Virus record (IMG/VR): IMGVR_UViG_3300020180_000017 | Span: 1 to 64,000 of that record | DNA length: 64,000 nt | Direction: 5' to 3' (one strand) | Source: a virus | Shown here: piece after piece, positions 50,005-60,405 of the stretch | Layout: the number at the start of each line of letters is the position of its first letter | How positions within the stretch are numbered: position 1 is the first letter of the stretch | The notes under the pieces: model-generated | What the model was told of the DNA's origin: nothing | Databases searched by the model: none | The model's input: the letters and a program-made list of their open reading frames with translations, nothing else | Program-made: the position numbers and the translations under genes

Positions 50005-50670
50005 TTAGTTGTTATTCTCTACGCTAGTAGAATTTCTTTGATATTGATTATTATTATCCATGTCACCAGCTATTATTTTTGCCGCTTCATCTATAATCAA
50101 CTCCATTACATCATCTTTTAATTCAAAATATTCGTAAGGTTTATTAGAATCGTATTTTTTAGGATTCTTATAATAGGAAAGTGTAACTTCTTTTGGTAAA
50201 AATTCTTTATTGTGGTACACTTTAATTTTATTGCTGCTTATTGTGTGGAAAACCTGTTCAAAATCTAAAGATGGTTTTGTACCGTCTGTATTTAATAAAA
50301 CATCTACATTGCTATCTTCAGCCAGTTGAGAGGGAATAATAATTTCTCCACAATCATCTTTATGTAAAAAGTAAACTCTATTAAAATATCTGTAATCTCG
50401 TGGTAAATTATTTGATTCTGAATAAACACCTCTATCTGTCATTGTCAACTTTCTTGAACTTAATAGAGGTTGTAAGTCATCAATCCTAATTCTACTTTCT
50501 TCATTACCTTCTTTTAGTATATTATTACCGTGGTAAGTTCTCCTAAACCAATCGTTAAAAGCTTTATTTATTACTTCAGATGCAGCATCTTTATCTATAT
50601 TTTCAAAATCTTGAGTTCCAGATTTATTTAGTCTATATTTTAGTTTTGTAAAACCATCTATATATTGCAT
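50005..50670 (-). CDS. Head-tail connector ring protein (221 aa)
   Basis: RLNK..RIDDLQPL..LPRDY..KPS..YYKNP..IIDEAA pattern; synteny. Confidence 0.7.
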   Translation of the reverse strand: MQYIDGFTKLKYRLNKSGTQDFENIDKDAASEVINKAFNDWFRRTYHGNNILKEGNEESRIRIDDLQPLLSSRKLTMTDRGVYSESNNLPRDYRYFNRVYFLHKDDCGEIIIPSQLAEDSNVDVLLNTDGTKPSLDFEQVFHTISSNKIKVYHNKEFLPKEVTLSYYKNPKKYDSNKPYEYFELKDDVMELIIDEAAKIIAGDMDNNNQYQRNSTSVENNN

Positions 50671-51647
50671 TATAAGTCATTCGTTAATAGTTTCATGGTA
50701 TCAGAATACATTTCATCAAAAATATCTCTATTGGATGGTTTCATTAGTTTCTGAACACATTCGTCTAATGTTTTTCCTAGCACTATACCATTTGGAGTTA
50801 CGTACATATTTTCTCTATTGGTGTAAATGTAGTTGTGGTAATCTGCAATCCTTATGATTACTTTCATCATAAAAATGTCTCTATCTGCTTTATATTCAGA
50901 ATAGCTTTTGACAAATTCATTTACAGCCAATTTCTTACCTCGATCTTTAGTCTTACCATCTACAAAATTATAAAGAGCTTTTACTAATGTAGCAATATTT
51001 GTACTTTTAGAAAAACCAAGCATCTTATCTTTTCGATCTCCTAAACTCCAAGATAAGTACAATAGAGCTTCTTGATCACCAGTTTCAGCTAAATTTCCTA
51101 TCATGGAAATTGCTTTAACTTTATTTAATTCATCAAGACTATCTCTAATTTCAGCATCTTTTATTTCTTGTAGAAAATAAGGCGAGCTTTTATACATGGC
51201 ACATTCCATATTATAAGCAACCAATCCAAATGCGTCACAAACAATTTGCCAGTAAAGTATTAAATGTTCAAGCCTGTCTGTATCATAAACTAATGAACTT
51301 GTTTCATTAGTAATATCTAACTTACTATATTGTGGTTGTGACCACATGTATTTATCAGTGTCATCAATCTCCTTTTTTTCACTTCCAAGTAGTTCTTTTG
51401 AAACACGTTTGTAAGCTTCTTTTTGAGCTTTAAGAAGACTTACTTTTTCTTCTTTGGGAATATACTTATTTCTTTCAATTGGTTCAGGACTAAACCCAGT
51501 ATTAAACCTAAATTTTCCATCCCCAATGATAATGCTATTTATTTCTTCTGATTGAAATACTATCAGATTTTGAGCAGTATCTACATTTGTTATATTACCA
51601 ATTGTTTCTTCGGGGTTGTTTTCTACAACGCTAATTTTAAATCGCAT
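50670..51647 (-). CDS. Conserved-type crAss protein downstream of MCP (~325 aa)
   Basis: Likely start MRFKIS at 51647 after an A-rich leader; the track's 5' extension covers the ribozyme. Confidence 0.65.
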   Translation of the reverse strand: MRFKISVVENNPEETIGNITNVDTAQNLIVFQSEEINSIIIGDGKFRFNTGFSPEPIERNKYIPKEEKVSLLKAQKEAYKRVSKELLGSEKKEIDDTDKYMWSQPQYSKLDITNETSSLVYDTDRLEHLILYWQIVCDAFGLVAYNMECAMYKSSPYFLQEIKDAEIRDSLDELNKVKAISMIGNLAETGDQEALLYLSWSLGDRKDKMLGFSKSTNIATLVKALYNFVDGKTKDRGKKLAVNEFVKSYSEYKADRDIFMMKVIIRIADYHNYIYTNRENMYVTPNGIVLGKTLDECVQKLMKPSNRDIFDEMYSDTMKLLTNDL

Positions 51648-51667
51648 GTTTTTTGTTTTATTTTGTT

Positions 51668-51719
51668 TGCTCCATCTGAATTTATACAGGCTGTGGACTG
51701 TCTTTGGCTTCATTAAGCA
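51668..51719 (-). ncRNA. Twister self-cleaving ribozyme (type P1)
   Basis: Minus strand UGCU-UAA-UGAA-GCC-AAAG-ACAG-UCCACAGC-CUGU-AUAAA-UUCA-GAUGG-AGCA. P1 UGCU/AGCA, P2 UGAA/UUCA, P4 ACAG/CUGU, pseudoknot CCA/UGG; core matches the canonical twister segment for segment. Confidence 0.92.
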
Positions 51720-52477
51720 GTAGGGTTGACCCCTACTACGTATGTAAATTTAAAATTTCCTGCTGATTTCCTATTCCCTTTTAACACTCTGCTAATGTGT
51801 GAAATTTTAATTTCCAAACTATTTGCAGCTTCTGTAAGTGATGAAAACTCTTTTAAAATATTTCCATTTAAATCTAATTGAAGTATGGATTTTTTAGAAG
51901 TGCTCGCAGAAGATAATTTTAATTTATCTTCTTTATTTAACGTAGTTCCTTTGTTGTGAACTGTGTGTGTTTTAAAATATTCTTTTTTATTACTGGATAT
52001 TTTTTCTTTTGTCTCTTCAGATTGTATTTTACCTTTGTGAAACTCAGACATTTTTTGTTTATACTCTTCACTTCTTTTCTTTCCAGTATTAGCATTTACA
52101 ATTTTAGCTACGTGATCTTTTGAAAGTTTCTTACCTGTGTGAGCAACGGACATTTTAAGTTTGGATTCTTCACTATGCTTTCCACCTTTACCTCCTTTTT
52201 GAAGATTTAATAGTAAGATACCTGACTCTCTATACTGTTCAATAAAAAATATTTCGTAATTATCTAAAACTTCTTGAGAAACATCTTTTGGTAATTCTTG
52301 AACTATCTCCATTCTATGATTTGTAGAGCCATATTTCATAAAAGAGTTAAATAAAAGAACTTGGTACTTATGTCTGCTTGGAGAACATGTATATCTATAC
52401 AACCTGTTTTCAAGATCCCAACTCTGCCCAATATAAACTTTTTCACTTGGACTTGTGATTTTGTAGATTCCTACCAT
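51713..52477 (-). CDS. Free-standing GIY-YIG homing endonuclease with NUMOD3 repeats and a C-terminal NUMOD1/HTH domain
   Basis: MVGIYKITSPSEKVYIGQS..R..E..LN; HSEESKLKMS, RSEEYKQKMS, QSEETKEKIS repeats; ILQLDLNGNILKEFSSLTEAA. Confidence 0.93.
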   Translation of the reverse strand: MVGIYKITSPSEKVYIGQSWDLENRLYRYTCSPSRHKYQVLLFNSFMKYGSTNHRMEIVQELPKDVSQEVLDNYEIFFIEQYRESGILLLNLQKGGKGGKHSEESKLKMSVAHTGKKLSKDHVAKIVNANTGKKRSEEYKQKMSEFHKGKIQSEETKEKISSNKKEYFKTHTVHNKGTTLNKEDKLKLSSASTSKKSILQLDLNGNILKEFSSLTEAANSLEIKISHISRVLKGNRKSAGNFKFTYVVGVNPTA

Positions 52478-52495
52478 ATTTTATAATTTAGATTA

Positions 52496-52526
52496 CAAAG
52501 ATACAGTGGATAAGTGATACTACAAA
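52496..52526 (-). promoter_or_regulatory. Bacteroidota-type promoter for the homing endonuclease, overlapping the MCP 3' end
   Basis: TTTG (52526-52523), 19-nt spacer, TATCTTTG (52503-52496). Confidence 0.6.
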
Positions 52527-54172
52527 GTAAAGTTTGATAGTTTAGGGTTCTTAGGAACCAATTTTAAAAGCTTCGACGCATCTTTCACCCAAGGAGTACT
52601 TACTCTTTTGGTAAAGAACATGCTAAAACCTGTTGCATTTCCAGAACTGTCATGTCCACTATAACCATTCATACTTTTCTTAAAGAATGGATGTGCTTCT
52701 GTTCCAGCAACGTGATGCCAAGTAGTTTCTCTTTCATCTCTAATATCTCTTAGTATCTTAATATTATCTTTGCTCATAACATAATCATCAATTATGAATG
52801 AATAAGAGGATAATCTATATCCTGTATGTATATATGGATTCAATAGATCATTTGCAAACGTAGGGTCAAAACTTGGCTCATATTCAAACCTAAACTCTAC
52901 TTGACCAGGGATAACTAATCTTGTATAGAAAGGTTTAACTGCGCCAAGACCTGTACGTGCAGTACCTTCAATTATACCTAAAGGTTGAGCTTGTTGCTGG
53001 TAACCTCCAAGAGAATTTACAGCGTACCTTTCAATCAAAGGAGATACTAGTTGCAAACCTCCTTTACCTGTACGAACTCTTACAATTGGTTCTACACCTT
53101 GTTGAACCAAAGGCATTTTACCAGAAGTAAATTTACGATAAGCATTAAGTAGTGTATCCAGGCTAAAGGTATTTAAATCAAAAATATCTTTATAACCATT
53201 TTTGTCTAATTGATGGTAAATACCTATTGGTAGTCTACCTTTATCAAGACCGTCTCCACCACCAACTACACCACCCTTACCAAACATTATGTAATTACTG
53301 TCTTCGTGAGCAAGCATTTTAAAACAAATATCATCCAATGAATATACTAATGCAGATGCTTTTACATTACCATTACCACCCGCAGCTCTGTATTCATCCA
53401 TGTACTTAATCTGAGGATCAATTGGGCTATCCATGAAAAGATATTCTGTAACAGACTCTTTCATTTGAGCCAATGTCTTAGTGCCAATATCAGATAAAGA
53501 CATACCATTAGAATATCTAACAGCTTCTCTAGTTAAATTATAATGTATTTGTAGTTCAGCAGTGGCTAGTTCTTTTAAATACTTCCTTTCAGAAGCACCT
53601 TTAAATTGAAAACTATCCCAATTTTGACCAAACTCAGAACTCCGAGCAGAAGCCATTTTAAACATCTTACTACCAGTAGTCAAAAATTCAGAAGGTATAA
53701 ATTTATCTTCTGTCCAACCAGAACCTTGAACTATTTTAAAGCGGTAAGCCCATTTGTCACCCATTTCTTTTACACCAGTAACTTCAAGTTCGGGAGAATT
53801 AGAAAGTTTGTCAAATGTTACAATACTACCGTGACCACCCAAAGCTCCATTGGAAAGTATCAAAGAAAATTCTTCACCACCTTTACCAATTTGAATTTGC
53901 TTATTTGGATTTTCTATAATCTTAGTAGATGTATCTGAAGCTGTTGGCAAACTAAAATAGTATGCTCCATCAACATAAGTAATGTCATTGTTAATGACAA
54001 AACCAGCATACATAGGAATATCCTTTACATTTTTATTTGCCCAAAGATCAACAAGACCAAAATCTGTTGGTTTTCTATCACTGGCAAGTTTGAAAATGGA
54101 GGTTTTATCTAATTGAGATGACACTACACCAAGAGTTGTTTCTTTAATGAGTGTACCAGGAATTAAAGCCAT
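52520..54172 (-). CDS. Major capsid protein (550 aa)
   Basis: Size, position after portal and scaffold; motifs IGIYHQL, VRTGKGG, FD..P...GYRLSSYSFIIDD. Confidence 0.85.
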   Translation of the reverse strand: MALIPGTLIKETTLGVVSSQLDKTSIFKLASDRKPTDFGLVDLWANKNVKDIPMYAGFVINNDITYVDGAYYFSLPTASDTSTKIIENPNKQIQIGKGGEEFSLILSNGALGGHGSIVTFDKLSNSPELEVTGVKEMGDKWAYRFKIVQGSGWTEDKFIPSEFLTTGSKMFKMASARSSEFGQNWDSFQFKGASERKYLKELATAELQIHYNLTREAVRYSNGMSLSDIGTKTLAQMKESVTEYLFMDSPIDPQIKYMDEYRAAGGNGNVKASALVYSLDDICFKMLAHEDSNYIMFGKGGVVGGGDGLDKGRLPIGIYHQLDKNGYKDIFDLNTFSLDTLLNAYRKFTSGKMPLVQQGVEPIVRVRTGKGGLQLVSPLIERYAVNSLGGYQQQAQPLGIIEGTARTGLGAVKPFYTRLVIPGQVEFRFEYEPSFDPTFANDLLNPYIHTGYRLSSYSFIIDDYVMSKDNIKILRDIRDERETTWHHVAGTEAHPFFKKSMNGYSGHDSSGNATGFSMFFTKRVSTPWVKDASKLLKLVPKNPKLSNFTL

Positions 54173-54192
54173 TGTTATATTTATTTAAATAT

Positions 54193-55242
54193 TTAAGTGT
54201 AATTTCCAGTAAAAGGGTTAAAAACCTTATCAGATTTATTTTCTTTTTTTCTGGAGGTTGCCTCTGAATGAGACTCTGTTGTATCTGAAGCAAATTTTAA
54301 TTTGCCTCTTAAATCTTTTGCTACTGCTCCTCTAACTCTATTTGTATAGAGTTCATCAAATCTTTCTTCATTTTCTATTAGCATGATTGCTTTTGCAAGT
54401 GTATCAAACTTTCCTTCTGCTTGTAGTTGCTCTATTTTTTTATAAATTGTAAATCCTTTAACATCAGGATTATAAGATAGATTATTATAAATAATATCTT
54501 TATCTTCATCTTTTAACTTCATCCCACCTATTTCTTTATTAGAAAGAAACGTTAGTACAGATTTTTCATTTTCATCTATTGCTTTATAAAAAGAAGCAAT
54601 GTTATTTTGTTCGTCAGCTAACTTTTGTTTCTTTTCATTCTCAAAATGAGAAACAAGAATAGGTTTATACTTATTTGCTCTTTCTGAAAGTTTATTTCTC
54701 TCTCTTAAATCTGCAATCTCTTCTTCAATTACTTCTTTTGGTTCATTTCTAAGCCTCATGTAATTTTCAATTACTAATTCTGCATCATTCAGATCTGTGG
54801 TGTCTAAACTACTATAATCATCAATTACTTTTTGTGACTCAATTATAGAGTATAACTTAGACATGTCATCTCCTGCAAATTCAGCCATTTTTGCAAATTC
54901 TTGAAAAACAGGGGATTTAGATTCGTACCAAGTTTTATCAACAGTTTTAATGGCTTGCTCATATCTAAGATCAGCATTCATATCAATGAACTCAACTACG
55001 TCTTCGTAAGATTCAATTTTTTTATCTTCCCAAAAAGCAAAGTTGTAAGTTTTATCGTCTCTTAACTTTTCAAAGACATCTACCAAATTTAGATCTTCAC
55101 TTTCACGCACCTCTTCCTGTATAGGAAGTGGTTCTTGTTCGTTTTGATTTTCAGGTAGTTGATCAGTAGACTCAATAGGAGTTTCCACTTTATTGCTATC
55201 TTGCATAAACCAAGAAGCATCTTCGGTTTGTTTAATATCCAT
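54193..55242 (-). CDS. Acidic scaffold-like protein (349 aa)
   Basis: Acidic and helical; sits between portal and MCP as in crAss-like phages. Confidence 0.65.
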   Translation of the reverse strand: MDIKQTEDASWFMQDSNKVETPIESTDQLPENQNEQEPLPIQEEVRESEDLNLVDVFEKLRDDKTYNFAFWEDKKIESYEDVVEFIDMNADLRYEQAIKTVDKTWYESKSPVFQEFAKMAEFAGDDMSKLYSIIESQKVIDDYSSLDTTDLNDAELVIENYMRLRNEPKEVIEEEIADLRERNKLSERANKYKPILVSHFENEKKQKLADEQNNIASFYKAIDENEKSVLTFLSNKEIGGMKLKDEDKDIIYNNLSYNPDVKGFTIYKKIEQLQAEGKFDTLAKAIMLIENEERFDELYTNRVRGAVAKDLRGKLKFASDTTESHSEATSRKKENKSDKVFNPFTGNYT

Positions 55243-55316
55243 TTTGTTTTGTTTGTCTATAATAAAAGTATAACCCTAATTATAGAGATTAAAAAATATA
55301 TTGTTAAATGATATAA

Positions 55317-58130
55317 CTATTTCTTTAAAACCTTCTTATCCAGTGAAGAATCTGAAGAACTGTTCCTGTTTACAACAGCTTGCTTTAGTTTTTTATCGTC
55401 ACTTCTATCTTTCTGTAAAAGTTTATCTCTTTCAATACTTAAGTTGTCTTGATGTATTTCTTGTTGCAGTTGTAAAGAAGAAATTGATTGAGCTTCTTTT
55501 GCTTTTAATTCTCTTTGTTTTAAAATATATTTAAAATTCTCCATACTATCAATTTCTGTATTTGTATTACTATCAGTTTGTAAGCCACCACCCAATATGT
55601 TTAATTGAGCTATATACTCTTTTGATTCTCTATCCAAATCTTTTTGAATATTGCTATTCTCCAGTTCTTTATCCAGCAACAATTGTTCGTGATCTTGTAG
55701 AGCTTTTAATTCAGCTTGTTTTGCTTGCTCTGCTTTACTTGCATTTTCTTGAGCTTGTAATTCAGCTTCTTCTAATATTGTTAAAACTTTAGTTACATTT
55801 TCATCTGCTTCAGCAACAACTTTAAGACGGGTTAATAAACTTTCTTGAAGTGTATTATCAAAAGCCATTTTTTTCAATAGCTGTGTAAATTCTTGATTAT
55901 CAAAAGAATATTTTGGAGTACACATAAAATCTTTATGCAGTAATTCTAAACCAGTTATATCTAACCAAGTATTTTCATCTTTTTCATTTAAATATGTTAT
56001 TCTAAACTCTTTGTTGATAGTAGAATAGTATTGTGTGGCTTCCAGCATTTTCTGATAGAGATCAGGCATAAGTCTAGTGTTAAATTCGTCAAATATTAAC
56101 TCTGTTTGTACTTGTGATATTTGTTGAGAAGCTTGTACATTAAACACGCCTTCTGAAGCTTTTATTTCTCCCATAGCCTGTGGTGTCACACCAACTGTTC
56201 TAAGGGCGTTATACCATATCCTTTCAGCTAATTGATCGTACTTAAGAGCTTCATCTAATGTAGATAAATTTAATACGGTTGGAGCAGACATTTGCCCACC
56301 TGCGTTTTGCATATATTGTTTGTCATATGTTAATCTCAATGTTTTATTTTTCTTTATTTGATCTTCGTAATTTTTTACTATTTGACCGTCATCACTGTCA
56401 TCACTATCCCATCTGCTAACAAGATTTGTAGGGTAAGCTAAAACCAGTCCTCTATCTTGAGCAATGGCTTGTTTAACTCTATTTTTGCAAATATTATATA
56501 TTACTTGATCTTGTTTCAACAAAGAAACTACAGAAACTGCTTTTACACCTCTTTGTTTTAATTCAATACCCACAATTGGTGGTTGCACACCAAATGGGGT
56601 TTTATCGTTTTTAAATTGAAAGTCAAGAGAGTTCCCGTCAATGTAAATTTTATCAAGATTAATACCTAAATTATTAAAATTAGAATGTGTATTATTTGGA
56701 GAAAGAACAATAAATCTTCTCCAATCAGGAACCCACTCCCAATCAATATGTTCTCCATAAACAAGTGTTTCTACTGTTTTATCTTTTAATTTGGCAAAAT
56801 TATAAATGGGTTGTTCTGTAACAATGTAATCTTCATTTATCCAATCAGAAAATTCTATTTCACCTGTTCTACCTATTTTAGTTAACCACCCAATTCTTCT
56901 TTGACTTTTTAAGTATAGGTACATTGTCCTGTATATACGATCTTGTCCATAAGTAAAATCAGGATTTACATCTGGATTAGATAGAGTTACTGTAGTTGTA
57001 TTTGTAAACTCTATCCCTGTAGTATTTTTTAATTCTTGCTTATATCTTGCTACATCCAAAGGCTCATTTGGTTGAGCATTATACGGTCTTGTAGCATCAT
57101 ACCCTTCTTGGCCTATTACTGCACTTGTTCCACCTTGTCCTGTCCTATCCTGTACTTCGTTATTAAAAGAAGATATGAGATTTAAATTATTTCTACCTAT
57201 TGCTGTGTTAACTGTTTTTAATCTATCAATGTCTTCTTGGGTAAGTATTTTACCAAAGTTATCAAGAAGTTCCCCTATGTTCATCCATTTAAACCAGCCT
57301 ATATAATCACTATCAGTTATGTAAACTGAATTAGGAACAGACCCATTAAAAGCAAATGCTTCATCAATATGTTCCACGTGAAACTTATCTTTTAACATGT
57401 TAATATGAAAAATAACTTTGGAAGAATTTAAATAACTCTCTTTAAAAGCTTGTTTCATCATATTACGAATATTGAATTTTTCGTAATTTATTTTATGTAC
57501 TCTATTAGCCCATTCTACTGCTACGTCTTTATAGTTTTTAAATTTTAATTGAGCTTCAATTAATTTTTCTTGCTGTGCTTTACCATCAACAGGTTCTCCA
57601 TTAATAGAAGCATCCCTCATTTCAAGTAGCATACCTTTTAATGCATCTTTAAATATTTGATCTTTTATATCAAATAACTCTGCCTTACTAAATTCGTCAA
57701 TTAAAGAAAATGTCACTTTATTATTTCTTTTTAATTGGTAACCAGTAAAAAGATTTACAAGATTTGGAACTAACGGATAAAATTCCATACCTCCATCATC
57801 TTCTAAGGGAGCATCTAAAGTTATACCAGATTTGTTAAATACTTCATATTGATTTGTATTCTTAACTTTTTTATAGTCGTTAATATCAAGAACACCAGAA
57901 GAAATCCATCTATTTTTAATTATACTATTATAGTTTTGAGCTACTTTAGTTAAACCTATGTGTTCGTAGTAATCTGCAACAGAAGCTTTCCAATCATCTG
58001 TTTTTTCAGATTTAGGTAGAAAATGTATTACTGTATTTGATAGGACAGATGTGTTTTGACCTTTTCTTTTAAAGTATTCTCCTTTCCACATATCTACACC
58101 TCGTAAAATCATTTTGTCTACTCCGGCCAT
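55317..58130 (-). CDS. Portal protein (937 aa)
   Basis: Follows terminase; LPKSEKTDDW, FYPLVPNLVNLFTG, WEWVP, VGVTPQAMG; coiled-coil tail. Confidence 0.85.
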   Translation of the reverse strand: MAGVDKMILRGVDMWKGEYFKRKGQNTSVLSNTVIHFLPKSEKTDDWKASVADYYEHIGLTKVAQNYNSIIKNRWISSGVLDINDYKKVKNTNQYEVFNKSGITLDAPLEDDGGMEFYPLVPNLVNLFTGYQLKRNNKVTFSLIDEFSKAELFDIKDQIFKDALKGMLLEMRDASINGEPVDGKAQQEKLIEAQLKFKNYKDVAVEWANRVHKINYEKFNIRNMMKQAFKESYLNSSKVIFHINMLKDKFHVEHIDEAFAFNGSVPNSVYITDSDYIGWFKWMNIGELLDNFGKILTQEDIDRLKTVNTAIGRNNLNLISSFNNEVQDRTGQGGTSAVIGQEGYDATRPYNAQPNEPLDVARYKQELKNTTGIEFTNTTTVTLSNPDVNPDFTYGQDRIYRTMYLYLKSQRRIGWLTKIGRTGEIEFSDWINEDYIVTEQPIYNFAKLKDKTVETLVYGEHIDWEWVPDWRRFIVLSPNNTHSNFNNLGINLDKIYIDGNSLDFQFKNDKTPFGVQPPIVGIELKQRGVKAVSVVSLLKQDQVIYNICKNRVKQAIAQDRGLVLAYPTNLVSRWDSDDSDDGQIVKNYEDQIKKNKTLRLTYDKQYMQNAGGQMSAPTVLNLSTLDEALKYDQLAERIWYNALRTVGVTPQAMGEIKASEGVFNVQASQQISQVQTELIFDEFNTRLMPDLYQKMLEATQYYSTINKEFRITYLNEKDENTWLDITGLELLHKDFMCTPKYSFDNQEFTQLLKKMAFDNTLQESLLTRLKVVAEADENVTKVLTILEEAELQAQENASKAEQAKQAELKALQDHEQLLLDKELENSNIQKDLDRESKEYIAQLNILGGGLQTDSNTNTEIDSMENFKYILKQRELKAKEAQSISSLQLQQEIHQDNLSIERDKLLQKDRSDDKKLKQAVVNRNSSSDSSLDKKVLKK

Positions 58131-58140
58131 AATATTATAA

Positions 58141-60405
58141 TTAATAATTTGTAAAATTAAATTCCTCTACATTTTCATTTATATAATTATATAAATAGTT
58201 GGTTGTAGGTTTTATTACTTTGTCTGTTTTTATTTTTAATCTGTGAATACCATTTTTGATTGCATATAATTTCATTATGTAATAACCAGCAAAATCAGAT
58301 ATAATTCTATCAAAGTTTTCTATGTTATCGTCATTGTAAAATTTTAATTCTTCTAAAAACCAATAATCAGGTATTCTATCTATCCCTTTATAGGTCTTAA
58401 TAACTTTTTCATTATCTTTACCAGTATTGATAGTGATACTTCCATATTCAGCATGTAAGTATTCTTTAAATATTTTTTTAAATTCTTTAAATATTTCAGC
58501 CGCTTTACCGTTACTTCCTTTGTAAAACCCGTAGGATGAATTATCTCTACCAAACGTATTTTCTTTAAACATATCTATCTCTCTTTCTTTTGCTAAAAGG
58601 TGAGACAGCATTTTTCTAATTACGTAATTTATAAAATTTGGTTTATTTCTTTCTACTAATGTGTAAGCGTTATAAAGTTTTATTAAAAGATTGGCGTGTT
58701 CATTTGTTTCTTCTGTAGTATCAAACCTACCTCTCCAATTTGCAACCATTTTATCCCCTGTAATCTTTATTTGTTTTTCACCTTTTTCGTCTAAATACTC
58801 TTCTTCAACAGGTCTTTTCCAAATTGAAATAGAAAATACAGATTTTGATGTAGTAGTAACTCCTGTTTCTACAGGATCCACACCAGCAAAGTAAGTATAA
58901 AAAGGAGCATTTTTTTCTGGTTCTTCATATATTGTTACTAAACCCCTTTTATCTTGCATTTTTGGATCAACAGGGTAACCTATTTCTTCTGGCAGTTTAT
59001 TTAGTTGATATTTAGTCTTTCCATCACTATCAATGTATAGTAAACATTTTATTGGTTTAACATCCCAACTGTTTTCTTTATCTTTTATTTTTATAACTGC
59101 TTGTGCTCTTTCTATTGCTTGTACGTCAAACTCTGATACGTTTCTCCATGCAAAAGCCTCTTTAATATTTTTTGGATTTTGAGACTTTTTAAGTATGTAC
59201 TCTCTAGGCTCAAGAGCAATCCATGCGGGTTCGTCATCTATTCTACCATACTCTCCTGCTTTAAACCCTTCAAATTCAGCTTTGTTTAAAAGTGTTAAAG
59301 CTAACTCTATTTGAGAGTTACCATGAATATCAGTTGCCTCAGGCATACCCCATTGAGCAGGAACAAATAATCCGCAAATGTGCTCTACACCACTTTCATC
59401 GTAATATTCTGTGGGCACTCCAAAAAACCCGTAATTAAAAGGATTTTTAATAAATTTTTCCAAAGGTTTACATTCAGTAAGATCACCCACCGAACCTCCA
59501 ATACAAAAACTACCCACTCTACTAAGACCAGATGTTAATGCTGGTTCCATGTATTGCAGTGTAATATCAGCCGTGGGAGCAATTCCACCTTCTTCATACC
59601 AAGCCCAAAACGTAGGGCCACCCACACCTTTTTTAGGATCTTTATTAAGTGTGTTTGCTACTATAGTTGATTCATTTCCTTCCCACTCCCATTTATTCTT
59701 TACTCCTTTAACTTGTTGTCTCTGCCTTATCTCCCCTCCTTTATCAGGAGAAAATTCTCTATTCCAATCAGTGTGGTTATTTAAATGTGTTTTAAAATGG
59801 TTAAGGATAGACCAAGAACCATCCACGTCATCAATAAATTTATCATCTGAAGCAAACCATTTAATACGTCTTCTATTTTCAAACCAAAGATAATTTACTG
59901 ACTTAGCTACGTGAGCATAACTAAATACAAATTGTCTACGTTTAAGTATGCAAGAGTGCTTATGAAATATTTCAGCAATCTTTTCATAGAGCATCATGTG
60001 ATACTGTCCATCTCTTATAGTAACAAAAGTTTCTTTGTAGCCTTGTTCTTTATTTATGATTGGACAAAAATTAATAAAAAAATAGTAATCTCTACATGTA
60101 TACCAATAATTATTTTTATCTTTCCAAATAACCCCAAGTCTACTTTTTAATTCTTCTCCATCCCAAAACTCATTGTATTCTGGAGTGGATTCTGCATATT
60201 CTGTGTATCTATTGTTTTCTAACCAAGTTTTTGCAGGTTTATTCCACTCACATATTTTATCCTTGTGAAAATTATAATCCCCAGGTTTTTTAAAACATTC
60301 CTTAAGTAGGAAATTACCAAATTCTAATTGAGTATTAAATGATGTCTTACTCCATTGTTTAATGTCAAAGTTATAAGTGGGTATATTTTTTATAGGTACT
60401 ATCAT
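58141..60405 (-). CDS. terL: Terminase large subunit (754 aa)
   Basis: YYFFINFCPI, LKRRQ (Walker A region), WYEEGG (Walker B), GGSVGD, FAGVDP (RNase H), LVERN, NFDRI. Confidence 0.92.
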   Translation of the reverse strand: MIVPIKNIPTYNFDIKQWSKTSFNTQLEFGNFLLKECFKKPGDYNFHKDKICEWNKPAKTWLENNRYTEYAESTPEYNEFWDGEELKSRLGVIWKDKNNYWYTCRDYYFFINFCPIINKEQGYKETFVTIRDGQYHMMLYEKIAEIFHKHSCILKRRQFVFSYAHVAKSVNYLWFENRRRIKWFASDDKFIDDVDGSWSILNHFKTHLNNHTDWNREFSPDKGGEIRQRQQVKGVKNKWEWEGNESTIVANTLNKDPKKGVGGPTFWAWYEEGGIAPTADITLQYMEPALTSGLSRVGSFCIGGSVGDLTECKPLEKFIKNPFNYGFFGVPTEYYDESGVEHICGLFVPAQWGMPEATDIHGNSQIELALTLLNKAEFEGFKAGEYGRIDDEPAWIALEPREYILKKSQNPKNIKEAFAWRNVSEFDVQAIERAQAVIKIKDKENSWDVKPIKCLLYIDSDGKTKYQLNKLPEEIGYPVDPKMQDKRGLVTIYEEPEKNAPFYTYFAGVDPVETGVTTTSKSVFSISIWKRPVEEEYLDEKGEKQIKITGDKMVANWRGRFDTTEETNEHANLLIKLYNAYTLVERNKPNFINYVIRKMLSHLLAKEREIDMFKENTFGRDNSSYGFYKGSNGKAAEIFKEFKKIFKEYLHAEYGSITINTGKDNEKVIKTYKGIDRIPDYWFLEELKFYNDDNIENFDRIISDFAGYYIMKLYAIKNGIHRLKIKTDKVIKPTTNYLYNYINENVEEFNFTNY

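Noticed and set aside
51648-52519. Group I intron carrying the GIY-YIG gene
   Set aside because: MCP ends normally, the spacers are too short for an intron core, and the downstream structure is explained by a hairpin plus twister.
7201-60405. Inteins, reverse transcriptase or DGR elements
   Set aside because: No intein splice motifs in terminase or RNAP, no RT motif, and no TR/VR pair noticed.
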